From an uncultured Planctomycetia bacterium (GTDB lineage: Bacteria > Omnitrophota > Gorgyraeia > Duberdicusellales > 4484-171), in contig CAZVQU010000002.1 of NCBI GenBank assembly GCA_964629655.1, forward strand, positions 443-64,442: a stretch of 64,000 nucleotides of DNA, written 5' to 3'. How positions within the stretch are numbered: the first letter of the stretch is position 1; every line of letters starts with the position of its first letter. Positions 38,546-50,531 of the stretch are shown in pieces. A program made the position numbers and the translations under genes. The notes beneath the pieces are model-generated. The model saw nothing but the letters and a program-made list of their open reading frames with translations, made no database searches and was not told the DNA's origin.

Positions 38546-39444
38546 AAAAACAGTTAATTGTTGGTAAGGAGCATGCTGGGCAACGTCTAGACAAGTTCCT
38601 GAGCAGCCAGCTAGATTTTCTTTCCAGGACAAAAATCCATGACTTGATAAAAAATGGTTTTGTGCTTGTTGACGGCCAAGGAAGAAAGGTTAGCTTTCTT
38701 ATCCATCACCAACAGCAAATCTCAATAACCTTAAAAGAAGAAAAAAAGGAGTTGAAGCCGTTTAATTTTGCGGTTAAGATTATCTATGAAGATAGTGATA
38801 TAATAGTTGTTGATAAACCTCCGGGGTTGGTTGTGCATCCACCTCAAGAGGGTCACCATAAAACCTTAGTTAATGCTTTATTGTATCTGAAAAAAGAGCT
38901 TAGCTCTTCAGCGAACACTTTGCGTCCGGGAGTAGTCCACCGCTTAGATAAAGAAACCAGCGGAGTTATGGTGTTAACAAAAAATGAACATAGCTACAAT
39001 AGTCTTGTTGCCCAATTTAAAGAAAGAAAGGTCTTTAAAGAGTATCGAGCAATCGTTTGGGGCAAGATAAAGAAAGAAAAAATGCTCATTGATTTGCCTC
39101 TAACTCGAGATACTAAAAACCGGCTCAAGATGAAGGTTAGTTTTCTTAAGGCAAAACAGGCTTACACCGACCTCGAGGTATTAGAGCGGCTAGAGGATTC
39201 AACATGTTTAAGTCTTAAGCCACGGACTGGAAGGATGCATCAGATACGGGTACACCTTAAATTTTTGGGATTTCCGATAGTTGGTGATAAGAAATACGGG
39301 GTAAAAGACGATTACAAAGAGCTATTTCTGCACGCTAAAGAGTTGAGTTTTACTCACCCTCGGGAGGAAAAACTTCTGAGGTTTCAATCGGCATTACCTG
39401 ATAAGTTTTCAAAATTTATAGCCGAACATAAGACACAGCACTAA
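38542..39444 (+). CDS. RluA/RluD-family pseudouridine synthase
   Basis: S4 domain, HRLDKETSG, TGRMHQIRVH. Confidence 0.93.
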   Translation: MKKQLIVGKEHAGQRLDKFLSSQLDFLSRTKIHDLIKNGFVLVDGQGRKVSFLIHHQQQISITLKEEKKELKPFNFAVKIIYEDSDIIVVDKPPGLVVHPPQEGHHKTLVNALLYLKKELSSSANTLRPGVVHRLDKETSGVMVLTKNEHSYNSLVAQFKERKVFKEYRAIVWGKIKKEKMLIDLPLTRDTKNRLKMKVSFLKAKQAYTDLEVLERLEDSTCLSLKPRTGRMHQIRVHLKFLGFPIVGDKKYGVKDDYKELFLHAKELSFTHPREEKLLRFQSALPDKFSKFIAEHKTQH

Positions 39445-39460
39445 TACAGGAGTATGCAAT

Positions 39461-40771
39461 ATGTACAGGGTAAAGTATTTAAGCAATTTAACTAAGGAAA
39501 TTAATGTTCCGCCAGATAAATCTATATCTCACCGGGCAGCTATTATCTCATCTCTTTGCCTTGGCAAAACTCTAATAAAGCCTTTCTTGCATAGTGAGGA
39601 CACCATGGTAACCGTAGATTGTTTAGAAAAGCTGGGAGTAAAAACAGAAAAAAATGATGATTCTTTTATTGTCGATGGTGTGGGAATGCACTTTCCCAGG
39701 AGCGAGAATGTCGATCTTTATGCCCGAGATTCCGGAACAACGTTACGAATACTTAGCGGAGTGCTTGTTGCTCAGAAATTCAGCGTTGAGTTTAGGGCTG
39801 CTGAATCTTTAAACAGAAGACCCATGGATAGAATTGTTAATCCTCTAAGTCAAATGGGGGCGAAAATAGAAGGTAAGAAACAAGACAATAGCCTTCTTGA
39901 CACCGAAGCAATTACTTCTGCGCCCCTATCAATATCACCGAGTCAAGAGGGCATCAAAGGAGGAGAATTCGATTTAGAAATTGCTAGCGCTCAAGTAAAA
40001 TCAGCGATTATGCTAGCTTCGCTTTATGCTGATTCCCAAACTATTATTCGTGAACCTTATAAATCTCGGGACCATACCGAAAGGATGCTAAAGCTTTTTG
40101 GTGCAGATATCCAAGTGCAGGGCAAAGAAATTATTTGTAAACCGGCAAAGAGGCTAGTTTCGCCAAAAGAGATTTATATTCCTTCTGACTTTTCTTCAGC
40201 GGCTTTCTTTATTGTACTTGGTTTAATTTTGGAAGATGCAAATCTAACCATAAAGAATGTCAATATTAACCCTAGCCGTTGTGGGTTACTAAAAGTTCTA
40301 AAAGAGATGGGAGCCAATATAGAAATTACCAACGAAAAAGAGGGTTATGAACCTTATGCTGACATTACGGTTAAAAGTTCCAATTTGCGAGGTGCAGTAG
40401 TTGAACCAGATGAAGTACCTTCAATGATTGATGAAATACCAATACTTTGCGTAGCTGCTTCTTTTGCTACCGGGAGAACTCTTATCCAGGGAATCGGTGA
40501 ATTAAAGGTAAAGGAAACCGATCGAATTAATTCAATTTCCAAAAACTTAACTACTGCCGGAGTAAAAGTAGAGGTAGATAACGATAACGAGCTGATGATC
40601 GAGGGCGTAAAGGAACATAAGGCCTCTCATTTTATGAGTTTTGGTGACCATCGCACTGCTATGAGCGCTGTAATTTTAGGGGCAGCAATTGGGAACAACT
40701 GTACCATTGATGATACCCAATGCATAAATAAATCTTTCCCTCAATTTATACCCTTATTCGAATCACTATAG
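39461..40771 (+). CDS. aroA: 3-phosphoshikimate 1-carboxyvinyltransferase
   Basis: DKSISHRA, SAQVKSA, RDHTERML, KETDR, DHR. Confidence 0.95.
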   Translation: MYRVKYLSNLTKEINVPPDKSISHRAAIISSLCLGKTLIKPFLHSEDTMVTVDCLEKLGVKTEKNDDSFIVDGVGMHFPRSENVDLYARDSGTTLRILSGVLVAQKFSVEFRAAESLNRRPMDRIVNPLSQMGAKIEGKKQDNSLLDTEAITSAPLSISPSQEGIKGGEFDLEIASAQVKSAIMLASLYADSQTIIREPYKSRDHTERMLKLFGADIQVQGKEIICKPAKRLVSPKEIYIPSDFSSAAFFIVLGLILEDANLTIKNVNINPSRCGLLKVLKEMGANIEITNEKEGYEPYADITVKSSNLRGAVVEPDEVPSMIDEIPILCVAASFATGRTLIQGIGELKVKETDRINSISKNLTTAGVKVEVDNDNELMIEGVKEHKASHFMSFGDHRTAMSAVILGAAIGNNCTIDDTQCINKSFPQFIPLFESL

Positions 40772-40783
40772 TAACTATTAGCT

Positions 40784-41545
40784 ATGAAGATTGCTAAATT
40801 TCTCTTTAGAAAAACCATTAACTGGGGGGTGGTAGAAAGGGAAAAGATTTTAATCTTAGAATCCCCGCCTTTTACGGGAATAAAACCGACTTCAAGAAAA
40901 ATTCTTCTTAAGGAGTGTAAACTTCTTGCTCCTGCCAGGGCCAGCAAAGTAATTCTCATCGGTCTTAATTATCGAGATCATGCTCAGGAATTAAAGATGA
41001 AAATTCCTAAAGAACCGATAGTGTTTTTAAAGCCACCAACTGCTCTTATCGGGAATAAAGACTTGATTCAATGCCCTAGGGGCGTTAAGCGTCTGGATTA
41101 TGAAGCTGAGCTGGCTTTGGTGATAAAAAGAAAAGCAAAAAACATCACCACTAAAGATGCCAAAAAATATATACTCGGCTACACCTGCCTCAATGATGTA
41201 ACTGCAAGGGATCTTCAAGCTAAAGACGGGCAGTGGACTCGGGCAAAGTCATTTGATACCTTTTGTCCTCTTGGACCTTGGCTTGAGACAAAGATTTCTG
41301 CAGATAGATTAGCCATCCAGTTGCATTTAAACAAGAAAATAAAACAAGATTCATCTACAAAGCACTTTATTTTTTCAATCTCACACCTAGTAGCTTTTAT
41401 TTCTAGAATAATGACTTTATTTCCCGGTGATGTGATTTCAACCGGGACACCTCCGGGAGTAGGCAAGATGAATGTTGGTGATAAGGTTACGGTTAGAATC
41501 GAGGGAATTGGGGAATTAGAAAACAGAGTAGTACGAGGCAAGTGA
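40784..41545 (+). CDS. Fumarylacetoacetate hydrolase family protein
   Basis: [35 protein letters not shown]. Confidence 0.93.
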   Translation: MKIAKFLFRKTINWGVVEREKILILESPPFTGIKPTSRKILLKECKLLAPARASKVILIGLNYRDHAQELKMKIPKEPIVFLKPPTALIGNKDLIQCPRGVKRLDYEAELALVIKRKAKNITTKDAKKYILGYTCLNDVTARDLQAKDGQWTRAKSFDTFCPLGPWLETKISADRLAIQLHLNKKIKQDSSTKHFIFSISHLVAFISRIMTLFPGDVISTGTPPGVGKMNVGDKVTVRIEGIGELENRVVRGK

Positions 41546-41961
41546 TGAAGAGTCATACCGAACATTTAACATTAAATACTAAAAGAAGAGTTGAATTCGT
41601 TAATCTTACTCCGGATGTTAAGAAAGTTTTGGCTAAAAGCGGCATCAAAGAAGGCTTATGCTTAGTAAATGCTATGCACATAACAGCTTCGGTCTTTATT
41701 AATGATGAAGAAAGAGGCCTAAAGGAGGACTTCAAAGAGTGGCTGGAAGGTTTGGCCCCTGAAGACATTGATAAATACAAGCATAATCTTACTGGTGAGG
41801 ATAATGGCTATGCTCATCTCAGGCGTACAATTATGGGTAGAGAAGTAGTAGTAGCAATAACTGCTGGTAAGTTAGATTTCGGGCCTTGGGAGCAGATTTT
41901 CTATGCTGAATTTGATGGCCAACGGCCTAAACGTATTTTAGTAAAGGTAATCGGAGAATAA
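41542..41961 (+). CDS. YjbQ (UPF0047) family protein
   Basis: [28 protein letters not shown]. Confidence 0.9.
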   Translation: MMKSHTEHLTLNTKRRVEFVNLTPDVKKVLAKSGIKEGLCLVNAMHITASVFINDEERGLKEDFKEWLEGLAPEDIDKYKHNLTGEDNGYAHLRRTIMGREVVVAITAGKLDFGPWEQIFYAEFDGQRPKRILVKVIGE

Positions 41962-42036
41962 TCCTCGAGTCTTAAGTTTTGGGTTGTAATTTACCTGCCT
42001 CTATTATATAATCCCTTAGCACAGAAAGGTTAAAAT

Positions 42037-44685
42037 ATGGAAATTCCTTCAAAATATAATCCTAAAGAGGTAGAGCCAAGAATCTTAAAACAATGGGTTG
42101 AGAATAAGGTTTTCTCTGCTAAGACTGGCTCTAAGAGTAACTACTCAATTGTTATTCCGCCCCCCAATATTACCGGTATCCTTCATATGGGCCATGGTTT
42201 AAATAACACGATCCAAGATGTATTGATCCGATACCAGCGGATGAGAGGATGTCAGTCCCTTTGGATGCCGGGAACTGATCATGCTGGTATTGCTACCCAG
42301 AATGTTGTCGAAAAAGATCTGGCAAAAGAAGGTTTACGCAAGGAAGAAATCGGCCGAGAGGAATTTACCAAAAAACTCTGGGCCTGGAGAGATAAATACG
42401 GTTCAACAATTATTGATCAGCTCAAAAAGTTGGGCGCAAGCTGTGATTGGCAAAGATTGCGTTTCACTATGGACGATCGGTATAGCAACGCCGTGGGGGA
42501 AGTTTTTACAAAGCTGCATGCGAAAGGTTTAATCTATAGAGGAAATTATATTATTAACTGGTGCCCGAGGTGTAAAACTGCTTTAAGCGATGAAGAAGCA
42601 GCTCATAAGGATATTGATGGCTGGCTATACTATATAAAGTACCCGGTTAAATCCAGTGGCGATTTAGCAGCGAATAAGAAATATATCATTGTGGCTACAA
42701 CAAGACCAGAGACAATGCTAGGAGATACAGCGGTAGCTATCAATCCTAAAGATAAGCGTTATAAATGGCTAAAAGGCGCTAAGATTGTATTGCCGGTAGT
42801 CGGGAGGGAAATACCAGTCATTGAAGATGAAGCTATTGATCCTGGGTTTGGTACCGGAGTGGTCAAAGTAACCCCGGCCCATGACCCTGCTGATTTTGTG
42901 ATTGGTAAAAAATACAACTTAGAATTTATAAATATAATGAATGAAGATGCCACTTTAAATAAGAATGTCCCCAGTGACTTTGTCGGCATGGATAGATTCA
43001 AGGCTAGAGAAGCCTTGCTCACTCTCTTAGAGGATAAGAAATTAATTGATAAAAAAGTACCTCACATTATAGGCGCCGGACATTGTTACCGTTGCCATAC
43101 AATAGTCGAACCGCGGATATCTCTACAGTGGTTTGTAAAAATGAAGCCTCTGGCTGCTGGAGCAATAAAGGTTGTTGAAAAGGGTAAGGTTAGATTTCAT
43201 CCTCAAAGGTGGAAAAAAGTTTATCTTAATTGGATGTATAATATTCAAGATTGGTGCATATCACGACAAATCTGGTGGGGGCACCGTATACCAGCATATT
43301 ACTGTCTTGATTGCCGAAAGGGAAGTGATCAGGATAGTGAAGTAGGAATAATCGTATCTAAGATAAGGCCGGATAAATGTCCAAAATGCGGTTCGAAGAA
43401 CTTAGAGCAGGATAAGGATGTCTTAGATACTTGGTTTTCAAGCTGGCTTTGGCCATTTGCTACTTTTGGCTGGCCAGATAAGACAAAAGATCTTAAATAC
43501 TTCTACCCTACAAATTGTCTCGTTACCGCCTCGGAAATCCTATTTTTCTGGGTCGCTCGAATGGTTATGGCTAGTTTAGAATTTACCAAGGAAATTCCTT
43601 TCCAAGATGTATTAATACACGGAACCGTAAGGGATGAACGGGGAATAAAAATGTCAAAGTCATTGGGCAATACAATTGATCCTTTAGAAATTATTGATAA
43701 GTTTGGCGCTGATGCCTTAAGATTTTCTTTAATGCTTCTTGCTGCTGGCGGTTCAGATGTTTATTTAAACGAAGAAAAGTTCTTGGTTGGAAGGAATTTT
43801 TCCAATAAAATCTGGAATGCCACCCGATTCATTCTTTTAAAGATTAAAGAGGGTGGTTTTAAGGTAAAAGATCTTAAGCTCTCGGATCTTGATTCAACTG
43901 ATGATTGGGTGCTAGCTGAGCTAAACAGCACTATCGATAAGGTTTCAAAGAAATTAGACAATTACTCGCTGAATGAGGCAACTAAAGAAATATATGACTT
44001 TTTCTGGCATGTATTTTGTGATTGGTATATAGAGATTGTTAAAGATAACTTTAGCCTTAGCAAGGCAAAAGTATTAATCTACGTTCTTCTTAACTCGATA
44101 AAACTACTACACCCTTTAATGCCTTTTATTACTGAGGAGATTTTTTCTATAATTACAAAACATACCAGCCTTTCTTTGGATAAAACTATAGTAAATGCAA
44201 CCTGGCCCAAAAAATACAAACTTAAAACCACTGGCAAAGAAGTAGCTTCTCTTATTGCTACAATACGTAACTTGCGTAATATAAAAGCTGACTTGGGCCT
44301 GGGTCAGAAAAAGGTAAAATTAGAAGTGTGTTTGAGCCGCCAGGGAAACAAAAAGTTTTGGGAGGAAAATATTACCTGGATAAAGCATCTCACCCTTAGC
44401 GAATCAATAAGTTTTGTAGGAGAGTTAGAGCGGGTGCTCTATGAAAGTGAGGGCTTAGCTTTAAATCTCGACATAGGGTCAGTTGACTTAAGTATTTTTC
44501 TTGCTTCTTTAGATAAAAAGGTTGCCAATCTTGACAATGTTTTCAAAAAAGCAACTGAGAAATTGAAGAACAAGAAGTTCCTGACGAAAGCCTCTCCTGA
44601 TATTATTGATAGAGAAAAGAAAAAATTCAAGGATATCTCAGCAGATCTTATGCGCCTGAGGGGGTTAAAAGATGTCTTTAAGTAA
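42037..44685 (+). CDS. valS: Valine--tRNA ligase
   Basis: PPPNITG-HMGH, DHAGIATQ, DWCISRQ, KMSKS. Confidence 0.97.
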   Translation: MEIPSKYNPKEVEPRILKQWVENKVFSAKTGSKSNYSIVIPPPNITGILHMGHGLNNTIQDVLIRYQRMRGCQSLWMPGTDHAGIATQNVVEKDLAKEGLRKEEIGREEFTKKLWAWRDKYGSTIIDQLKKLGASCDWQRLRFTMDDRYSNAVGEVFTKLHAKGLIYRGNYIINWCPRCKTALSDEEAAHKDIDGWLYYIKYPVKSSGDLAANKKYIIVATTRPETMLGDTAVAINPKDKRYKWLKGAKIVLPVVGREIPVIEDEAIDPGFGTGVVKVTPAHDPADFVIGKKYNLEFINIMNEDATLNKNVPSDFVGMDRFKAREALLTLLEDKKLIDKKVPHIIGAGHCYRCHTIVEPRISLQWFVKMKPLAAGAIKVVEKGKVRFHPQRWKKVYLNWMYNIQDWCISRQIWWGHRIPAYYCLDCRKGSDQDSEVGIIVSKIRPDKCPKCGSKNLEQDKDVLDTWFSSWLWPFATFGWPDKTKDLKYFYPTNCLVTASEILFFWVARMVMASLEFTKEIPFQDVLIHGTVRDERGIKMSKSLGNTIDPLEIIDKFGADALRFSLMLLAAGGSDVYLNEEKFLVGRNFSNKIWNATRFILLKIKEGGFKVKDLKLSDLDSTDDWVLAELNSTIDKVSKKLDNYSLNEATKEIYDFFWHVFCDWYIEIVKDNFSLSKAKVLIYVLLNSIKLLHPLMPFITEEIFSIITKHTSLSLDKTIVNATWPKKYKLKTTGKEVASLIATIRNLRNIKADLGLGQKKVKLEVCLSRQGNKKFWEENITWIKHLTLSESISFVGELERVLYESEGLALNLDIGSVDLSIFLASLDKKVANLDNVFKKATEKLKNKKFLTKASPDIIDREKKKFKDISADLMRLRGLKDVFK

Positions 44686-45541
44686 ACACATCCAAGTTGT
44701 CGTAAAGAGTGCTTTAGGAGAAGATGGTTGTCAAAAAGACATAACTACTACCTTAGCCATTTCTTCTAAGCTCAAAGGAAAAGGAGTAATCGTTGCCCAG
44801 GAAAAAGGCATACTCTCGGGCCTAGAAGTGGCTAAGGCTGTGTTTAAACAACTAAACAGGAAAATAGTATTTAAAGCCCTGAAGAAAGACGGCAGTGCTT
44901 TTAAGAAAGGTGATAAGATTGCCACCATCCAAGGAAGTCTGCAAACAATCCTTACTGGCGAGCGAGTAGCTTTAAACTTCTTGTCGTTACTATCGGGAGT
45001 TACTACTTTAACTAAAAAATTCGTTGAAAAAGTTAAGGGCGCAGGGGTTGAAATTAAAGATACTCGCAAAACCATACCTAATTTACGGATTTTAGAAAAA
45101 TATGCTGTAGGAATAGGCGGGGGGCGTAACCATCGCATTTCACTATCCGATGGGATTATTATTAAGGATAATCATCTAAAGGCTGCTGGATATATACGTC
45201 GAGGGCGTTTGAATAAAGAGCGTTTCGCGGGGTTAGTGACTACCTTAAAGAAAAAGAGTTCCTTGAAAGTGGAGATTGAAGTAGAGAATTTGGGAGAATT
45301 AAAAGAAGTGCTTAAGTATAAGCCGGATATAATCATGCTCGATAATTTTTCTGTAAAGAATTTAAACAGCGCTGTAAGTTTGCGTAATAAATACTATCCG
45401 AAGATCAAACTTGAAGCATCGGGTGGAGTAAACTTAAAAAACATAAAAGCTGTAGCTAGTAGTGGCGTAGACCATATTTCGATAGGTATGATTACTGACT
45501 CTCCCGAGGTAATTGATTTTTCTTTAGATATTTCTGATTAG
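44672..45541 (+). CDS. nadC: Quinolinate phosphoribosyltransferase
   Basis: ERVALN, DTRKT, NHR, KDNH, LEASGG. Confidence 0.95.
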   Translation: MSLSKHIQVVVKSALGEDGCQKDITTTLAISSKLKGKGVIVAQEKGILSGLEVAKAVFKQLNRKIVFKALKKDGSAFKKGDKIATIQGSLQTILTGERVALNFLSLLSGVTTLTKKFVEKVKGAGVEIKDTRKTIPNLRILEKYAVGIGGGRNHRISLSDGIIIKDNHLKAAGYIRRGRLNKERFAGLVTTLKKKSSLKVEIEVENLGELKEVLKYKPDIIMLDNFSVKNLNSAVSLRNKYYPKIKLEASGGVNLKNIKAVASSGVDHISIGMITDSPEVIDFSLDISD

Positions 45542-45567
45542 CACTTCTTACTGCCCCAGAGTAATCA

Positions 45568-47547
45568 ATGGATAAATTCAAACTAGCCAGTAAATTTAAA
45601 CCTACCGGTGATCAGCCTCAAGCTATTGAAAAACTAATCGCCGGGATGAAAGAAAGGGAGCGTTTTCAAACTCTTCTTGGCGTCACCGGATCAGGAAAAA
45701 CTTTCACCTTAGCCTGTGCGATCGAGAAGATTAACCGGCCAGTTTTGGTTATCTCACACAATAAAACTCTGGCCAGCCAGCTTTATGCCGAACTTAAAGA
45801 GTTCTTTCCGCAAAATTCTGTCGAATACTTTGTAAGCTACTATGATTACTACCAACCGGAAAGCTATATTCCTCAAACTGATACCTATATTGAAAAGGAC
45901 GCTTCGATAAATGATAAATTAGACAGGCTTCGTTTATCAACAACTAGCTCTCTGGCTAGCCGCCGAGATGTTATAGTGGTAGCATCGGTATCTTGTATTT
46001 ACAACTTAGGTGCACCCCAGGATTATCAAAACCTGGCTCTTTCTCTAGGAGTTGGTGGCAACACCCTTCAGAAAACTCTTCTTACGCGTTTAGTCGACCT
46101 ACACTATGAGAGGAATGACCTTGATTTCAGAAGGGGAACTTTTCGGGTTAAAGGTGACACTTTAGATATTCTTCCGGCCTATAAAGAACGTGGGGTAAGA
46201 ATAGAGTTTTTTGGTGATACAATAGAGAAAATTTACGAGTTTGAACCACTCAGCGGAAAAAAGGTCTCGGAGTTAGAAAGAATAGTCATTTATCCGGCTA
46301 AGCACTTTATTATTGGCAAGGACAAGATCGATAAAGCCTTAAAGACTATTAAGTCGGAGCTAAGGGACAGGCTAGCAGTTCTAAACAAAGAAGGTAAGCT
46401 TTTAGAAGCCCAGCGCCTTAGTCAACGTACCAACTTTGACCTCGAGATGCTAGCTGAATGTGGTTATTGTCATGGTATTGAAAATTACTCTCGGAATCTA
46501 AGTCAAAGGGCTCCCGGTTCACGTCCATATTGTCTTCTGGATTACTTTCCAGATTCTTTTCTTACGGTAATTGACGAAAGCCATGCTACTATCCCTCAAG
46601 TACGCGGTATGTACAATGGAGATAAGGCTCGTAAAGAAACTCTAGTTGCCCATGGATTTAGGTTGCCTTCTTGTTTGGATAATCGACCTTTAAGGTTTGA
46701 CGAGTTCTTACCTCTCACTAAAGAAATAGTATTTGTTTCGGCAACACCTGGAGAATTTGAAATCGATTCTTCTAAGGGAAGGGTAGTTGAGCAGATTATA
46801 CGCCCGACCGGATTGCCTGATCCGGAGATTACAGTTAAATCTACTAAAAATCAAATTGACGATTTAATCCAAGAAATTAAAACCAGAGCCAAGAAAAAAG
46901 AACGTACCTTAGTCATTACTCTTACCAAACGCATGTCAGAAGAATTAAGCAGTTACTTAAAGCAGGAGGGGCTAAAGGCCAATTACCTTCACTCTGAAAT
47001 TGATACTTTAGAAAGAACAAAGATTCTAAAAGATCTGCGGTTGAAGAAATTCGACGCTCTTATCGGCATTAATCTTCTTCGTGAAGGCTTAGACTTACCT
47101 GAAGTATCCCTGGTAGCAATCCTTGATGCTGATAAGGAAGGATTTTTGCGTTCCTCAACCTCTTTAATCCAAATTGCCGGCAGATGTGCCCGTAATGTAA
47201 ACGGAGAAGTTTACATGTATGCTGACACCCTTACTAAATCAATGAAAAAAGCGATTTCTGAGAGTCGGCGCCGACGAGAAATCCAATTAAAACATAATGC
47301 TAAGCATAAAATAACCCCACAAAGCATTCAAAAAGCAGTTAAGGATGGTATCGAAGTTTATTTAAGAGAGGAGGATAACCTTAATAAACGCTTAGAGCTA
47401 GATGGTGAGGAAATTCAACTCCATGAGGTCGTTGCCCAGCTAGAAAAAGAAATGTTTGCTGCTGCAAAAAACCTGCACTTTGAAAAAGCTGCACAGTTAC
47501 GGGATAAGGTAAAAGAATTAAAAAAAGTCATCAAGGGCAGGGTTTAG
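45568..47547 (+). CDS. uvrB: Excinuclease ABC subunit B
   Basis: GVTGSGKT, YYDYYQPE, DESH, GINLLREGLD, UVR domain. Confidence 0.97.
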   Translation: MDKFKLASKFKPTGDQPQAIEKLIAGMKERERFQTLLGVTGSGKTFTLACAIEKINRPVLVISHNKTLASQLYAELKEFFPQNSVEYFVSYYDYYQPESYIPQTDTYIEKDASINDKLDRLRLSTTSSLASRRDVIVVASVSCIYNLGAPQDYQNLALSLGVGGNTLQKTLLTRLVDLHYERNDLDFRRGTFRVKGDTLDILPAYKERGVRIEFFGDTIEKIYEFEPLSGKKVSELERIVIYPAKHFIIGKDKIDKALKTIKSELRDRLAVLNKEGKLLEAQRLSQRTNFDLEMLAECGYCHGIENYSRNLSQRAPGSRPYCLLDYFPDSFLTVIDESHATIPQVRGMYNGDKARKETLVAHGFRLPSCLDNRPLRFDEFLPLTKEIVFVSATPGEFEIDSSKGRVVEQIIRPTGLPDPEITVKSTKNQIDDLIQEIKTRAKKKERTLVITLTKRMSEELSSYLKQEGLKANYLHSEIDTLERTKILKDLRLKKFDALIGINLLREGLDLPEVSLVAILDADKEGFLRSSTSLIQIAGRCARNVNGEVYMYADTLTKSMKKAISESRRRREIQLKHNAKHKITPQSIQKAVKDGIEVYLREEDNLNKRLELDGEEIQLHEVVAQLEKEMFAAAKNLHFEKAAQLRDKVKELKKVIKGRV

Positions 47548-47607
47548 GCTTTACAAACTCTTTAACAAAGCGTAATATAGGAAAAAAGAAGAGCAAGGAG
47601 CTTTGTA

Positions 47608-48336
47608 ATGATTGCTGTAGACGTAGGAAATACAAGCATACACATTTCCCATTTTGAAAGGGGAAGACTTAGGAAAGCTAAAAAAATACCGACCGTCGGA
47701 GTTACTAAAGCTTCTTTGGCGAAAGCTCTAAGCCCCAAGCTAAACGAGAAAGTCATAGTCTGCTCAGTAGTGCCTAAAGTCACTAAAATTTTTAAAAGCT
47801 TAAAAATGCCTGTGTATGTAGTGGGGCAGGATATAAAAGTTCCCATAGTCTCACTATACGATAAGAAACGAATAGGCATGGATCGATTAGTGGGAGCATA
47901 TGCGGCCAAGAAACTCTTTCCGGAGATTCGTCTGGCCTTAGATTTTGGAACTGCAATAACATTGGATTTTTTATCTAAAGATCATGTTTATCAAGGCGGG
48001 ATAATTCTTCCTGGCCTTGGATCTACATTAGGTGTTTTTTCCAAGTGCGCAATGCTTCCTAAGCGGATAAAGTTTAGAAAAACAAAAAAATTAATTCCGA
48101 CTACAACAGAAAGCAGCATAGCTAAAGGGCTCCTAGAAGGATTCTCTTTGATGATAAATTCTCTAGTCATTAAGTACAAAAAGAGACTGAAAATCGGCAA
48201 AAATGAGAAAGTTATTATCACCGGAGGAGAAGCTAGGGTGATTATGCCCGGCTTGGATTTCCCCTTTGAATACGAACCATTACTGGTCTTAAAGGGCCTT
48301 GAGATTTTGAGCCGTGACCTTCCGTTAAAAAATTAA
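47608..48336 (+). CDS. coaX: Type III pantothenate kinase
   Basis: DVGNT, GMDR, DFGTAIT, GGIILPG, TGG. Confidence 0.9.
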   Translation: MIAVDVGNTSIHISHFERGRLRKAKKIPTVGVTKASLAKALSPKLNEKVIVCSVVPKVTKIFKSLKMPVYVVGQDIKVPIVSLYDKKRIGMDRLVGAYAAKKLFPEIRLALDFGTAITLDFLSKDHVYQGGIILPGLGSTLGVFSKCAMLPKRIKFRKTKKLIPTTTESSIAKGLLEGFSLMINSLVIKYKKRLKIGKNEKVIITGGEARVIMPGLDFPFEYEPLLVLKGLEILSRDLPLKN

Positions 48337-48345
48337 AAAAAATTC

Positions 48346-48373
48346 TTGACATTAATTTCAATATCGATATAGT
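48346..48373 (+). promoter_or_regulatory. groESL promoter
   Basis: ttgaca-N16-tatagt directly upstream of the CIRCE element. Confidence 0.6.
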
Positions 48374-48379
48374 AATAAC

Positions 48380-48406
48380 TTAGCACTCTAGGGTAGAGAT
48401 TGCTAA
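48380..48406 (+). promoter_or_regulatory. CIRCE element (HrcA operator)
   Basis: ttagcactc-N9-gattgctaa (one mismatch to consensus) upstream of groES. Confidence 0.88.
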
Positions 48407-48452
48407 GTTATTATAAAAACAGAATTATTGGCGTATCTAAAGGAGGTAACTT

Positions 48453-48740
48453 ATGAAGTTTAAGCCATTAGGAGACAGAATTCTGCTTAAGCAACTTGAA
48501 GCTAAGGAGCAGACTAAAGGTGGCATCGTGCTTCCCGACACAGTAAAAGAAAAGCCTCAAGAAGGCGAAATTATTGCTGTAGGCGAAGGGAAGAAGAATT
48601 CCGAGGGTAAAGCAATGCCTTTATCTTTAAAGGTTGGCGACAAGATACTTTACGGAAAGTATTCTGGAACAGAAGTTGTAATAGATAGCGAAGACTATCT
48701 TATTATTCGCGAAGAGGATGTATTAGGAATTACTGCGTAA
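48453..48740 (+). CDS. groES: Co-chaperonin GroES
   Basis: KPLGDR, TKGGIVLPD, GKYSGTEV. Confidence 0.97.
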   Translation: MKFKPLGDRILLKQLEAKEQTKGGIVLPDTVKEKPQEGEIIAVGEGKKNSEGKAMPLSLKVGDKILYGKYSGTEVVIDSEDYLIIREEDVLGITA

Positions 48741-48750
48741 GAGGAGGTAA

Positions 48751-50409
<1,659 letters not shown>

Positions 50410-50434
50410 ACAAGTAACTTTAAAGGAAAAATAT

Positions 50435-50475
50435 AAAATATCCCCGTTCGTTAAAAGGAGCGGGGATATTTTTTT
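50435..50475 (+). terminator. Intrinsic terminator after groEL
   Basis: aaaatatccccg...cggggatattttttt. Confidence 0.8.
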
Positions 50476-50531
50476 GCCTTGGTTAATTTAGCTGTAGATT
50501 TTTTTGTGCCAAGTGGTATAATAAGACCACT